From Opitutaceae bacterium (GTDB taxonomy: Bacteria; Verrucomicrobiota; Verrucomicrobiia; Opitutales; Coraliomargaritaceae): a DNA stretch of 64,000 nucleotides. A program made the translations under genes and the position numbers. The notes beneath the pieces were generated by a model. The model was not told where the DNA came from. It saw nothing but the letters and a program-made list of their open reading frames with translations, and ran no database searches. The stretch is taken from NCBI GenBank assembly GCA_051252375.1, contig JBPOFY010000003.1:1-64000 (forward strand). The letters are read 5' to 3'. Positions 22,469 through 34,086 of the stretch are shown here, piece after piece. Position 1 is the first letter of the stretch, and every line of letters starts with the position of its first letter.

Positions 22469-22834
22469 ATGGCCAAACGGGAGAATTTGGATTTCGAACT
22501 GGGCTTCTTCGAGAGTTTACATAAACGCATCCCGAAGGATGTGCGTGTGGTCTCGATACTCGCTCACATTTACACGCAAACTGGTCGTATCGACAAAGGC
22601 TTGCAGTTGGATCGTAAGCTTGTGCGCTTATCGCCGGAAGATCCAACGGTGCACTATAATTTGGCCTGTAGTCTGTGCCTTAAAAACCGCTATGCGGATG
22701 CGGTGCGCACATTGCGCGATGCGATTACATTAGGCTATGATGATTTCCATTGGATGCAGCACGACCCGGACTTGCACGAACTACAGGAACACCCCGGTTT
22801 TTGTGAGCTGTTGAAAGATTTGAAGATTGGCTAA
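22469..22834 (+). CDS. TPR domain protein
   Basis: HYNLACSL...DPDL. Confidence 0.8.
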   Translation: MAKRENLDFELGFFESLHKRIPKDVRVVSILAHIYTQTGRIDKGLQLDRKLVRLSPEDPTVHYNLACSLCLKNRYADAVRTLRDAITLGYDDFHWMQHDPDLHELQEHPGFCELLKDLKIG

Positions 22835-22864
22835 ATCGGGCGATCCGAGTCTGATTTCTGCACA

Positions 22865-24601
22865 ATGCACGAACACGAGTTCATAGGGCTACAAAGCAAG
22901 ACCTTGAAAGGCTACATCTGGAGCCAAGCGTGCCATTTGCGTCAGTATATGTTCTGGCGTGTGCTGAGTGTGTTGGCGGTCACCCCGTTTACGATTCTCT
23001 CGCAACGCATTGTGGATGACGCGATTCCATCCCGAGATTTGTCAGGTGTCTGGTATTTTACTGGTATTTCTTTTGCACTACTACTGCTGCACTACCTGAC
23101 GATGAATCGAGCAGTGGCTGCACTTTCTGGCCAGACACAGGAGATCTTTCGCAACCTGCGTGGGCGGATCTTTCATAAGCTTAACTTTATGCAGTTTCGC
23201 TTTCTCGATACGGTGCAGACTGGTCGTTTGCTTTCGAAATATGCGTTTGATACGAGCAACATCGAAGCGACGGTTATTCAAATTGTGACGGGTATCATTC
23301 CCGAGTTGTTGCGCACTGTGCTACTGATTCTTACGCTCGCATATATCAACATATGGTTGGTGCTGATCGTTTTTATCTGTATCCCGATTTTTGCGATTGT
23401 GCGTATCTATTACTATCGTCCTATCGAGGACAACAATCAGGCGGTGCGTGTGGCTCGTGAAAAAATGACAGGGCAGGCAAATGAGTTTATCTCTGCGATT
23501 AAGTTGGTGCGCGGCTTTGGGCAAGAGTCAGTAGCCAAAGAGCAGATGGGTGTTTTGAGCGATGCCTATAGTGACATGCGTATATCGCAGATGAACTTAA
23601 ATCAGTCGCTCGGCTACATCATGTTTACCGTGGTGACCGCCTTATCACTGTTCGCTGTCGCGGTTTGTGGCTGGCTCGTGATTGATGAGAAAATGACCAT
23701 GGGAGCCTTAGTGGCTTTGGTCGGAGCCTTACCTATTTGTCTCTATCCGGTGAGTATGATCACTCAGTTTAGCCTGCAGTATCTACTCGGTGCAGAGAGT
23801 TATCGAAGTATTAAGGAACTGATGGACTCTCGCTATGTTGAAGAGTGGAATGGCACACAACAGCTACAGCCGATGCGTGGTGAGATTCAGCTCAAGGATG
23901 TGAGCTTTGGATATGGCGACGAAGATGAACTCGCTATTGAAAACTTTAGCACGACGATTCAAGCGGGCGAGCACGTTGCCTTTGTGGGGCCCAGTGGTTC
24001 CGGTAAGAGCACCTTGGTGAGTTTGATTCTTGGTTTTTATGCCCCTCGCAAAGGTGAGATTTTGATCGATGGTGTAGCGCAGTCGCAACTCGCTATTAAG
24101 GAGTTTCGGCAGGATTGTGCGATTGTGATGCAGGATAATTTATTACTTTCAGGCACGATGATGGATAACATTCGTTTTGGTAAACCCACTGCAACTGTCG
24201 AGGAGGTCCGCCAAGCGGCACAACATGCCAATGCACTCGAGTTTATCGAAGAACTGCCTGCAGGATTTGAAACCAAGGTGGGCGAGCGGGGTGTGAGCCT
24301 TTCTGGAGGGCAGCGGCAACGTATTGCGATCGCTCGTGCCTTGTTACGTAACCCTAAAGTGTTGATCCTTGATGAGGCTACGAGTGCCTTGGATTATGAG
24401 AGCGAAAAGTCGGTGCAAGAAGCGATCGATTATCTAGCGAAAGGGCGCACCACTATCACGATTGCACACCGCTTGAGCACGATACGTAGTGCTGACCGTA
24501 TCATTGTGTTGAAGGGCGGGCACTTGGTCAGTGAAGGCTCATGGAATGAACTAGCCGCACAAGACGGTGCTTTTAAGGATTTATTAAATGCCCAGCACTA
24601 A
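22865..24601 (+). CDS. ABC exporter, fused TM and ATPase domains (MsbA-like)
   Basis: [30 protein letters not shown]. Confidence 0.92.
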   Translation: MHEHEFIGLQSKTLKGYIWSQACHLRQYMFWRVLSVLAVTPFTILSQRIVDDAIPSRDLSGVWYFTGISFALLLLHYLTMNRAVAALSGQTQEIFRNLRGRIFHKLNFMQFRFLDTVQTGRLLSKYAFDTSNIEATVIQIVTGIIPELLRTVLLILTLAYINIWLVLIVFICIPIFAIVRIYYYRPIEDNNQAVRVAREKMTGQANEFISAIKLVRGFGQESVAKEQMGVLSDAYSDMRISQMNLNQSLGYIMFTVVTALSLFAVAVCGWLVIDEKMTMGALVALVGALPICLYPVSMITQFSLQYLLGAESYRSIKELMDSRYVEEWNGTQQLQPMRGEIQLKDVSFGYGDEDELAIENFSTTIQAGEHVAFVGPSGSGKSTLVSLILGFYAPRKGEILIDGVAQSQLAIKEFRQDCAIVMQDNLLLSGTMMDNIRFGKPTATVEEVRQAAQHANALEFIEELPAGFETKVGERGVSLSGGQRQRIAIARALLRNPKVLILDEATSALDYESEKSVQEAIDYLAKGRTTITIAHRLSTIRSADRIIVLKGGHLVSEGSWNELAAQDGAFKDLLNAQH

Positions 24602-26852
24602 AAGCACAGTCGATACGCGTGTAGTTGAGGTCATTGCTTTGTCTGGCTTTGATAAAGCCTTGGCGTATGCGGTGCCGCCGACTTGCCACGGTGCGGTCAA
24701 AATAGGGTCGTTGGTCCGCATCCCGCTGCGTCGTCGCAGTGAGCTCGGCGTGGTCACTCGTTTCGGAACGGAGCAGATTGTGCCGCCCGGTAAACTTAAA
24801 ATGCTTTTTGAAGTGGTGCAGGACTATCCCGTGCTGCCACCTGATTTGATGGAGCTGTATCGCTGGGCGCTACGCTATTACGCGTCCACGCCCGAGGCAG
24901 TTTTGGAAACGATGATTCCCGCCGCGATTCGGAAAGGGATGAAAGCGAAGACACGCCTCTACCTCTCCGCAGGCAAAGCACCGACCGCAGATGAGCTGGC
25001 AAAATTAGAAAAGCGCGCGCCCAAACAATCGGAGCTTCTGCGCTTCATCCGCCAACAATTGAAACCACTGCCACGCGCAGATATTCTCAAACGCATGAAG
25101 CTCAGTGCTTCGGCATGTGATGCTTTAGTGAGCAAAGGTTTTATTCGCGAGACCGACACCGAGGAAGAACGGATCGCCTACGAAGACGAGCTCGGCGAGG
25201 TCGAAACCGTGGCCAGTGATTCGCGCCCCACGCTGACCGATGAACAGGCTGTTGCAGTGGATGCGATTACCTCCGCAATCGATGATGATAAATTCAGCGT
25301 GCGCCTCTTGCATGGTGTGACCGGCTCGGGTAAAACCGAAGTATATCTAAACGCCATCGAGAAGATCGTGGCGACGGGTGGTGGTGTTATTTTCCTAGTG
25401 CCCGAGGTGGCTCTAGCGCCGCAGACAGTCGGCCGTGTTCGTGCACGACTCGAAGCACGTGGCGTGCACACGGTGGTTTGGCACAGTCATCTCTCCGAAG
25501 GGGAGCGCTATGATGCTTGGAAGGCTCTCGCCAGTGGCGAAGCACACGTGGTGGTTGGCGCTCGCTCGGCTGTGTTTGCTCCAGTGCAAAACCTTCGGCT
25601 CATGATTGTCGATGAGGAGCACGAGCCGTCTTATAAACAAGAAGAGTCGCCTCGTTATCATGGCCGCGATGTCGCGGTCTATCGTGCGCATATTAGCAAA
25701 GCGGTTTGTGTGCTCGGCTCGGCGACTCCTTCGCTGGAATCACTTTATAATGTAGAGCGTGGTAAATACGCGGTGGATCGTATTCTCAACCGAGTGGATA
25801 ACCGGCAGCTGCCGAAGATTCACCTCGTCGACATGCGTCGCGAGGGGCATTCGGGCAAAGGTCCGTCTCCAATCTCTCCGATGCTCGCCGATAAACTGAT
25901 CGACCGTTTTGAGAAGAAAGAGCAGAGCATACTCTTCCTGAATCGTCGCGGTTTTTCCACCAGTATGATGTGTCCTGATTGTGGATACGTTGCATCCTGT
26001 GATCATTGCAGTATACCGAAGACGTATCACCGGACAGACAAGAAGCTACGTTGCCACCTTTGCGGTGATGAAGAATATGCGCCAGTGAAATGCCCAGAGT
26101 GTAAGTCGGCAAACATTCGGATGCGCGGGCAAGGCACTCAGAAGATCGAAGACATTGTGCAAAAGATTTTGCCCCGCGCCAAGATCGTGCGGATGGATGC
26201 CGACTCTATGTCGAAGAAGAATCTGTATCGAAAGATCCTGAATGATTTTCGTATCGGCAAAATTGATATTCTCGTTGGCACGCAGATGATCGCTAAGGGC
26301 TTAGACTTTCCCAATGTCACTTTGGTGGGTCTGGTGGATGCTGATCGTTCTCTTCATGTCGAAGACTTTCGCGCGGCAGAGCGAACCTTTCAGTTGATCG
26401 TTCAAGTTTCCGGTCGTTCCGGTCGCGGTGATCGAGCAGGGGAAGTGGTGATTCAGACACACACACCGCACGCGCCGCCAGTGCAGTTTGCGCGGCGTTC
26501 CGATTTCGACGGCTTTCAGCTCGAGGAACTGGAGCAGCGCCGCGAGTTCAACTATCCGCCGTTTCGACATTTGATCCGACATCTCTTTCGCGGGCGTAAT
26601 CCGGACAAGGTAAACTTCTACATCGATCAATGGACGAAGCTGGTCGAAGAAAAAATGGGCGACCGCTTAGAGGTGCGCGGTCCAGCGCCTGCACCGATTG
26701 AAAAAATCCGCGACGAGTATCGCTTTCAACTTTGGTATTTCGCGCCCAGCGCCAGTCGCGTGATTGTGGAGCTGACCGCACTGCGTGAAAGCTTTAAGAT
26801 GGATAAGGAAGTGATCGATTTGATCGATGTGGATCCGATGAATCTTAGCTAA
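24588..26852 (+). CDS. priA: Primosomal protein N'
   Basis: [16 protein letters not shown], Cys-pair zinc region, [12 protein letters not shown]. Confidence 0.97.
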   Translation: MPSTKSTVDTRVVEVIALSGFDKALAYAVPPTCHGAVKIGSLVRIPLRRRSELGVVTRFGTEQIVPPGKLKMLFEVVQDYPVLPPDLMELYRWALRYYASTPEAVLETMIPAAIRKGMKAKTRLYLSAGKAPTADELAKLEKRAPKQSELLRFIRQQLKPLPRADILKRMKLSASACDALVSKGFIRETDTEEERIAYEDELGEVETVASDSRPTLTDEQAVAVDAITSAIDDDKFSVRLLHGVTGSGKTEVYLNAIEKIVATGGGVIFLVPEVALAPQTVGRVRARLEARGVHTVVWHSHLSEGERYDAWKALASGEAHVVVGARSAVFAPVQNLRLMIVDEEHEPSYKQEESPRYHGRDVAVYRAHISKAVCVLGSATPSLESLYNVERGKYAVDRILNRVDNRQLPKIHLVDMRREGHSGKGPSPISPMLADKLIDRFEKKEQSILFLNRRGFSTSMMCPDCGYVASCDHCSIPKTYHRTDKKLRCHLCGDEEYAPVKCPECKSANIRMRGQGTQKIEDIVQKILPRAKIVRMDADSMSKKNLYRKILNDFRIGKIDILVGTQMIAKGLDFPNVTLVGLVDADRSLHVEDFRAAERTFQLIVQVSGRSGRGDRAGEVVIQTHTPHAPPVQFARRSDFDGFQLEELEQRREFNYPPFRHLIRHLFRGRNPDKVNFYIDQWTKLVEEKMGDRLEVRGPAPAPIEKIRDEYRFQLWYFAPSASRVIVELTALRESFKMDKEVIDLIDVDPMNLS

Positions 26853-26871
26853 TCTGTCTGGGGATTTTTTG

Positions 26872-27047
26872 AACCGTTAATGCACGTTAATGGACGTGAA
26901 TATGGGACGATGTGATGATTAACTGCACCTTTGACTTAGCTCAGGTCAAGAGAGCGCGCGGAGAACGCGGTGATTGAGAGTATAAATGCGAGTTACTTAA
27001 ACTTAATCCGTATTTAGATTAACGTATATTCACGTTCATTAACGGTT
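26872..27047. repeat. Inverted-repeat intergenic element between convergent genes
   Basis: aaccgttaatgcacgttaat ... attcacgttcattaacggtt. Confidence 0.7.
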
Positions 27048-27055
27048 GAATGTTT

Positions 27056-27739
27056 TTAGTTACTGCCGATGTCGTCGGGGTCGAGACCACCTTTTAATTT
27101 TTGATCGAGTTTGAGTTGTTCGATCTCGGCAAATAAAAACTGACGGAAGCGATCGTAGCGCGGGACGATGCCGCGAGTTTCCAAGAGTTTTTGCTTCAAC
27201 TTGCTAGAGGTGCAGAGGGTGTAGATCGCGAGATCGAGCATGTTCTCAGGGTCTTTGATATTGTCTAAGAAACGGATCACTTCGATCGGGAGATCTGCGC
27301 CTAAACGGCGTTGTATCTTTAAGAGGTTGAGTATCCCTGTGTGGATAGAATCGACGGCTTGTTTTGAACCGCCGGGCTCGCTGATGAGTTGGTGGATGCG
27401 GGCGGTGCGATAGGGCTCTTCGCTCACGATCTCATCCATTTCAATACGGGCGAGTCCTTGCAGAATGAGGTTCGAGGTGCCGTCGGGATTTTGTTTGCAG
27501 GCGCGCACCAGTCCGACGCTAGCGACTTTGTGAGGTGTTTCTAGCACTTCAGCATATTCCTCTGCTTCGTCGAGTGCGGCGATGGCGAAAATACGATCTT
27601 CAGCGAGCACCTTGCTCAGCATTTCCCGATAGCGTGGCTCGAAAATATACAGGGGCATCATCGCCTGTGGGAACAGCACAGTGTTCCCTAAAGTCATGAT
27701 CGGCACTTCGCGCGGGATCTCGATTTCTTGGATGTCCAT
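27056..27739 (-). CDS. LON peptidase substrate-binding (N-terminal) domain protein
   Basis: VLFP..MPLYIFEPRYREM, PDG.SNLIL.G. Confidence 0.88.
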   Translation of the reverse strand: MDIQEIEIPREVPIMTLGNTVLFPQAMMPLYIFEPRYREMLSKVLAEDRIFAIAALDEAEEYAEVLETPHKVASVGLVRACKQNPDGTSNLILQGLARIEMDEIVSEEPYRTARIHQLISEPGGSKQAVDSIHTGILNLLKIQRRLGADLPIEVIRFLDNIKDPENMLDLAIYTLCTSSKLKQKLLETRGIVPRYDRFRQFLFAEIEQLKLDQKLKGGLDPDDIGSN

Positions 27740-27766
27740 GATGAGATAGGAGTGGTGTTCGTGGAA

Positions 27767-28051
27767 TTAGTTCCAAGCGTCCGGATGCATGCGTGCAGTT
27801 TCCGGGTCGTCACTCTCTGCAAAATAAACCGCCATCCGAAAATAGCGAATCCGGTCCTCTGGTATTTCGTCATTTTTTTGCCGTGCTTCTTCCATTAGGA
27901 CATTGGGATCACGACCTTGAAGCTCATAGATTTCCCGTATTCCCACGTCGATTAAGCTACGGACCGCGGCGACATCCATACGTGGGATGTGCATGAGCGA
28001 TGAGTTCAGCGCTTCGTAGTCGACTTTCTTTTTCTTTTTTTCGGGAAACAT
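27767..28051 (-). CDS. Small helix-hairpin-helix protein (Cdd1-like)
   Basis: LMHIP...VGI...LQGRDP...FRMAVYFA. Confidence 0.65.
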   Translation of the reverse strand: MFPEKKKKKVDYEALNSSLMHIPRMDVAAVRSLIDVGIREIYELQGRDPNVLMEEARQKNDEIPEDRIRYFRMAVYFAESDDPETARMHPDAWN

Positions 28052-28090
28052 AGGTTGAGAGATAAGAGATAGGAGAGAAGAGAGAGGAGA

Positions 28091-28158
28091 GGTAGGGACG
28101 TCTGCCCTCAGACGTCCGAGAGCGCCGTGGTGGACGCCTGAGGGCAGGCGTCCCTACC
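28091..28158. repeat. GTAG-type REP inverted doublet
   Basis: ggtagggacgtctgccctcagacgtcc ... ggacgcctgagggcaggcgtccctacc. Confidence 0.85.
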
Positions 28159-30135
<1,977 letters not shown>

Positions 30136-30387
30136 CGCACTATGGCTGACGCAGGACGGCCTTGTGGGCAAATCGAAAGTGTGCGAGTTTGTGGGGAGTA
30201 GGCTGTTGGGTGATATTCCTGAGCTGGGTTCTGTTTTTAGGCAGAATAATTTGGGGCAGAATAATTTTTTTTAAATTTCCCCCGAAATCCTTCTGTCGAT
30301 TGTTACTGGGGAGCAATGTAGCCGAGCCTCTCTGATTGATGGCGTTGGGTCGTATTTGAATGTTGAGGCTACAACTTTGATGACCAG

Positions 30388-31023
30388 CTATGCCTTTTGC
30401 AGAACAATTCGAAATTGGTAGGTTTCGGGGGCTTCACTGCTTTGGGTGGCAATCATTGTTGGTTGCTCGGCTGCTGTTTTTCTCTGTAGCAGCAGGTCTT
30501 TCTCGTTCAGAGGGTGCCCCGGGAAATACATTTGGGTGACAAGCTCAACGTAGCCTCTCTTTGAGACCTTGAAATGGATGTGCGGTGGGCGTGTCCAACC
30601 CTCAGCAGCGGGGTAGGTGCCTGGAAACACAGTTTTAAAGCGGAACTCGCCTTTCACGCCACTGGGAACGATGGCCCATCCTTGAAAATTAGGATCGAGC
30701 GGGGCGGTGTTAGGGTCGTGTGGGTGACGGTAGCGTCCGGCTGCGTTCGCCTGCCAGAGATCGACGGTGACGTCTTCGATCGGGTTTGAATCGGTGTCGA
30801 CCACGACGCCTTCAATGAAAATGTGTTTTCCAGCTGCGAGCCCTGACATGCCTTCGATCTGAGTGAGGTCAAAGTCTTTGTCTTTCTGCGCTTGGATCGG
30901 ATAGAACGGCCCTTTGATTTCAGTGGGGGTCGGTTGGAGGTCTGCCGCGTGCAGTGCAGCGGTGCTAGCGGCAAGTCCGCTAAGGACTCCTGATTTTAAA
31001 AAGGTCCGTCGATTTTGTTTCAT
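30388..31023 (-). CDS. Intradiol (protocatechuate 3,4-type) dioxygenase-like protein with Tat signal
   Basis: RRTFLK; GPFY, WQANAAGRY, PGTY, RPPHIHF, TQMYF. Confidence 0.85.
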   Translation of the reverse strand: MKQNRRTFLKSGVLSGLAASTAALHAADLQPTPTEIKGPFYPIQAQKDKDFDLTQIEGMSGLAAGKHIFIEGVVVDTDSNPIEDVTVDLWQANAAGRYRHPHDPNTAPLDPNFQGWAIVPSGVKGEFRFKTVFPGTYPAAEGWTRPPHIHFKVSKRGYVELVTQMYFPGHPLNEKDLLLQRKTAAEQPTMIATQSSEAPETYQFRIVLQKA

Positions 31024-31283
31024 AATGAGAGGGGGTGAAAGTAAGTCCGACCTAGTGGATGCATGACGGTTCCATTCATGGGGGAGACTGCCGGATCGTT
31101 TTGGTGATTCGATTTATTCTAGGTTTAGCAGTTAGTAGGGAGTCTTTGGGAGTTAGATAATGATCGAGGAAGACTTACAGGATTTCGATTATTCGCTAAA
31201 TGGGCAAGCCCGTGCAGATTTGTAAGTAACTCATCATAAGCTTCTGACTACTGACTTCTTTATTCTGACTCCTCTTTTTAGTC

Positions 31284-31514
31284 TTACAATTCCCAAGGAT
31301 TTCGCTGCCGTCCTCGGGTCAGGTGGGCTGAATTCTGGTTGAATTTTGATTTGTCCCTGAAGTAGATGGCGATGCCGACGATGGGGAATAATAAGACGAT
31401 CGTATAGATGACTTTGGGGACAGTAGTGATGTTTGGGTTTCTCCAGCAATCGATCATACCGAGTATGATCGTTCCGATAATGAAGAGAATCGTGATGTAT
31501 TGGAGGGTGACCAT
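31284..31514 (-). CDS. Small two-TM protein (PLDc N-terminal-like), probable cassette remnant
   Basis: IDCW...KVIY.IVLLFPIVGIAIYF; R''-like ATTCAAC near the 3' end (31338-31344). Confidence 0.6.
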   Translation of the reverse strand: MVTLQYITILFIIGTIILGMIDCWRNPNITTVPKVIYTIVLLFPIVGIAIYFRDKSKFNQNSAHLTRGRQRNPWEL

Positions 31515-31527
31515 GGTGTTGTGCTTT

Positions 31528-31583
31528 GGGTAGGCAGGTATGAGCGCCAGCGAAATACATTGTCATACCACGACTTGTTAGGC
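31528..31583 (-). other. Truncated or decayed attC site
   Basis: R'' GCCTAAC contains the toxin stop codon; shares atttcgctggcgctcat with the attC at 33769; no R'. Confidence 0.65.
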
Positions 31584-31886
31584 TTTTTTGTATTTCTTTA
31601 ATTCCCTGTAGAAGTTTTCATGGCTTCCAAAGGTGAGCAGGTTTATATCAGCCGAATCGTAAGTGTAAGAGAGCAGAGTCAGATGTTTGTTCATCTTGAA
31701 TTTATGAACTGATACTCCAGATAAATCGCCCACCTTATCTTCGCCGATGCTTGGATCATTTAGTATATCCAGAACAGCATTATCTAATTCCTTCTTTTCC
31801 TGTTTTTGTAATTTTTTAACTTTCCGCCCAAAAGCAGCTGAGATGTAGATCTTCCGTTTATCCAAAGGTGTATTCCTCTTTTTCAT
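31578..31886 (-). CDS. RelE/ParE-family toxin
   Basis: PSIGEDKVGDLSGVSVHKF...FGSHENFY. Confidence 0.85.
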   Translation of the reverse strand: MKKRNTPLDKRKIYISAAFGRKVKKLQKQEKKELDNAVLDILNDPSIGEDKVGDLSGVSVHKFKMNKHLTLLSYTYDSADINLLTFGSHENFYRELKKYKKA

Positions 31887-32076
31887 TCTCCTTCATTTCT
31901 GCCATGGCTAGAAGTGTTTCCTTGATGAAACTAAAGGGTAGGTCGGGGTTTTCCTCGGCTGCCTTGCCTATAGTCGCCCAATACTCCAATTGTGAAGTCA
32001 TTGATCGATGCTCCACTTTTGATCTGGTTTTGGCTTCTTTGGCAAGATGGTCAGAAATTCTTATAACAGTGCTCAT
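31858..32076 (-). CDS. ParD-like ribbon-helix-helix antitoxin
   Basis: VIRISD.L...RSMTSQLEYWA.IGKAAEENPDLP; overlaps the toxin gene. Confidence 0.85.
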   Translation of the reverse strand: MSTVIRISDHLAKEAKTRSKVEHRSMTSQLEYWATIGKAAEENPDLPFSFIKETLLAMAEMKENEKEEYTFG

Positions 32077-32113
32077 TTATAATGCTGTGTAGCAAAATGT
32101 AGCACTTTGTCAA
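32077..32113 (-). promoter_or_regulatory. Cassette-borne TA promoter/operator
   Basis: TTGACA (32108-32113) followed by direct repeats TGCTACA at 32098-32104 and 32088-32094. Confidence 0.6.
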
Positions 32114-32122
32114 CTTTCGTAT

Positions 32123-32227
32123 GCCTAACGTAGAGGACTGGCAACCCAGCCTGTGAATTTAGTAGTCTAAGTAGTTATCGAATATCAGGCGGCGTAAATG
32201 GGGTTGACCAGCTCCGTCTGGATGTAG
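32123..32227 (-). other. attC site (105 bp) with non-canonical R'' CTACATC
   Basis: R'' CTACATC, L'' GGAGCTGG, extra T, ..., L' CCAGTCC, R' GTTAGGC. Confidence 0.85.
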
Positions 32228-32395
32228 TCTCAGAATGGCCGATGGGTGCCGACTGGTCGAGTGGTTTCTGTCGCATTTCCCCTTATTCTTTACCACCCAT
32301 TCCCTTCGGTCATTGGAGTCACTGAGACACAGAGTTTTGTTTTTTATTTTCTCCTCCGTGCCTTCGTGTCTCCAGCGAAGCGGGTGGTTGAATAT

Positions 32396-33145
32396 TCATT
32401 TCTTTCCTACATCGTCGAGGTGAGGCACCGGCGAATTCCTGTTGCCTCCACCGACTTGTTCGGCTTTCACACTATCTGATTCGTATGCTTCGGGAGCGGT
32501 TAACTGACCAGCATTTCCTGGTGTCGATTCCAGTTCCTGAACAAACCGATAGCTCTGAGGGAAGTGCTTTTCAAGGGCGTCAAGCAATGCATCGGGATCT
32601 CGCCAATATTTTCGGGCGAAAAGCGAAGCGAAGCACTCCACCGGACCCTTGTTGCCTTCCTGTAGGAAGTGTTTGAAGGTTTGACGCATCTCCTTTGGAA
32701 TCTGGTCAGCCTCTTTAAGATAGGCAGCCTGGAAAACGGGATTCTGGGAACCTTTGACGATCGAGTCATAGGCATGCCCAGCCTCGTGAAGTGTGATGAT
32801 AGGCAGCCGCGCAAGTTGTATGGGCTTTCCCCGGATCGTTTCAGGCACGACAATCCGACGGTATTTGGGGTAAAACCCGCAACCGCCCTCTTGATTGCCA
32901 ATTTCGGCCTGGGTTGGCGTGATCACAAAATGGATTTGACGCTGCCGCAATTTCTCTTTGATGCTTTCCGGCATCTTCGACAAAGCGAAGTGCACCCGTT
33001 CCAAGACCGCTTCCGTCTGTTCGGTTCGCCGCACAACCTGCACTAATTCACGGTCGAGTTGGCTTGGCGGAATAGGAGTAGCACTAAGCTGACAAAAACT
33101 GGAAAGAAGGCCGGAGGTAATCACTATTGTAAGAATTCTTTGCAT
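32396..33145 (-). CDS. Secreted HExxH zinc metallopeptidase (zincin; lethal-factor/Pro-Pro endopeptidase-like)
   Basis: Signal peptide; LHEAGHAYD, ECFASLF; reading frame runs through the attC. Confidence 0.65.
   Translation of the reverse strand: MQRILTIVITSGLLSSFCQLSATPIPPSQLDRELVQVVRRTEQTEAVLERVHFALSKMPESIKEKLRQRQIHFVITPTQAEIGNQEGGCGFYPKYRRIVVPETIRGKPIQLARLPIITLHEAGHAYDSIVKGSQNPVFQAAYLKEADQIPKEMRQTFKHFLQEGNKGPVECFASLFARKYWRDPDALLDALEKHFPQSYRFVQELESTPGNAGQLTAPEAYESDSVKAEQVGGGNRNSPVPHLDDVGKK
32407..32464 (-). other. attC site (58 bp)
   Basis: R'' GCCGAAC, L'' GGTGGAGG, L' CCTCACC, R' GATGTAG. Confidence 0.85.
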
Positions 33146-33156
33146 CTTTTTCTCAA

Positions 33157-33223
33157 GCCGAACGTCGATAGTGTGGCACGGAGTGAGGCACGGACGGAGT
33201 TGTCCTATCCTGCCTTGTTGGCC
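33157..33223 (-). other. attC site (67 bp)
   Basis: R'' GGCCAAC ... R' GTTCGGC; L boxes imperfect. Confidence 0.75.
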
Positions 33224-33465
33224 TTTAGTATTCTTTTGGACTTAGGCGCGTCGAGGTGTTCACCAATCCAAACTTTGATCAGGGATTGTCGAGGCACGCC
33301 AATGCGACTTGCTTCACGATCTAGGCGTTCGATCATCCAGACAGGAAAATCTACATTCACACGCTTCTGTTCCTGTCCTGGTCGGAATGCCTTCGATAAA
33401 TCCAAGTGATCGTTGATGTCGATCTCGCCATCATCAAAAATTTTATCTAAATCTTTAGCTTTCAT
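33205..33465 (-). CDS. BrnA-type (CopG-like) antitoxin
   Basis: LDKIFDDGE...KRVNVDFPVWM..LD.EA.R.GV.RQSLIKVW. Confidence 0.85.
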   Translation of the reverse strand: MKAKDLDKIFDDGEIDINDHLDLSKAFRPGQEQKRVNVDFPVWMIERLDREASRIGVPRQSLIKVWIGEHLDAPKSKRILKANKAG

Positions 33466-33715
33466 ATAGTTTCCTTTCGTTGGTTCGAGCTCTTCTCACT
33501 GAGATGATCGGTATCTTGTTTTCTCTGGGAGTATAGAACGCTACCCAAAACTTCCCTTTCAACATCGCGAGCAGGGCGAAGCGATCTTCGTCCTCTGATT
33601 TCGCCGGAAAGCTAATACAATCTGGGTCATTCCAGAGGGATTGAGCTGCTTCGAAATCGAGACCATGCTTTGCTTTGTTTAATTCACTTTTAGCGGGGTC
33701 ATAATCAAACTCCAT
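33455..33715 (-). CDS. BrnT-family toxin
   Basis: MEFDYDPAKS..N..KHGLDF...IISVRRA. Confidence 0.9.
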   Translation of the reverse strand: MEFDYDPAKSELNKAKHGLDFEAAQSLWNDPDCISFPAKSEDEDRFALLAMLKGKFWVAFYTPRENKIPIISVRRARTNERKLYES

Positions 33716-33718
33716 TTA

Positions 33719-33753
33719 GGTATAGAAAGTATACCATTCGTTGGGCTTGTCAA
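33719..33753 (-). promoter_or_regulatory. Cassette-borne brnTA promoter with palindromic operator
   Basis: TTGACA at 33748-33753; GGTATA-N5-TATACC palindrome at 33719-33735. Confidence 0.65.
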
Positions 33754-33768
33754 GTGATTCGTTTTCTT

Positions 33769-33836
33769 GGCCAACGTGGAGGATGAGCGATAGATGAGCG
33801 CCAGCGAAATCTATTGCTCACTCCGATTGGTTAGGT
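33769..33836 (-). other. attC site (68 bp)
   Basis: R'' ACCTAAC, L'' GGAGTGAG, L' CTCATCC, R' GTTGGCC. Confidence 0.88.
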
Positions 33837-34080
33837 GTTGCTCTATTTGTTCAACCATCAGGGATCGGATTCGGGACAATTCTAGGTCTTCATCTTCTAT
33901 AGTTTTAGTTTTTTTAATTTCTCCCGACGAAATGACTGTGTAGGGCGCCTCAACTTCGAATATTTCCCATTCAAGACCATCATAGTCGAGTGTTGTTTTG
34001 TAGGTAAGCTTTCCGTCAATTCGAGTTTCGAACCAGAATGCGATGAATTCGCACATTAAATCTGAGTGTTCAATTATCAT
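33811..34080 (-). CDS. Hypothetical acidic cassette protein (about 89 aa)
   Basis: ATG at 34080 lies 6 nt after the core site GTTAGGT; stop is inside the attC. Confidence 0.6.
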   Translation of the reverse strand: MIIEHSDLMCEFIAFWFETRIDGKLTYKTTLDYDGLEWEIFEVEAPYTVISSGEIKKTKTIEDEDLELSRIRSLMVEQIEQHLTNRSEQ

Positions 34081-34086
34081 TTTCTG

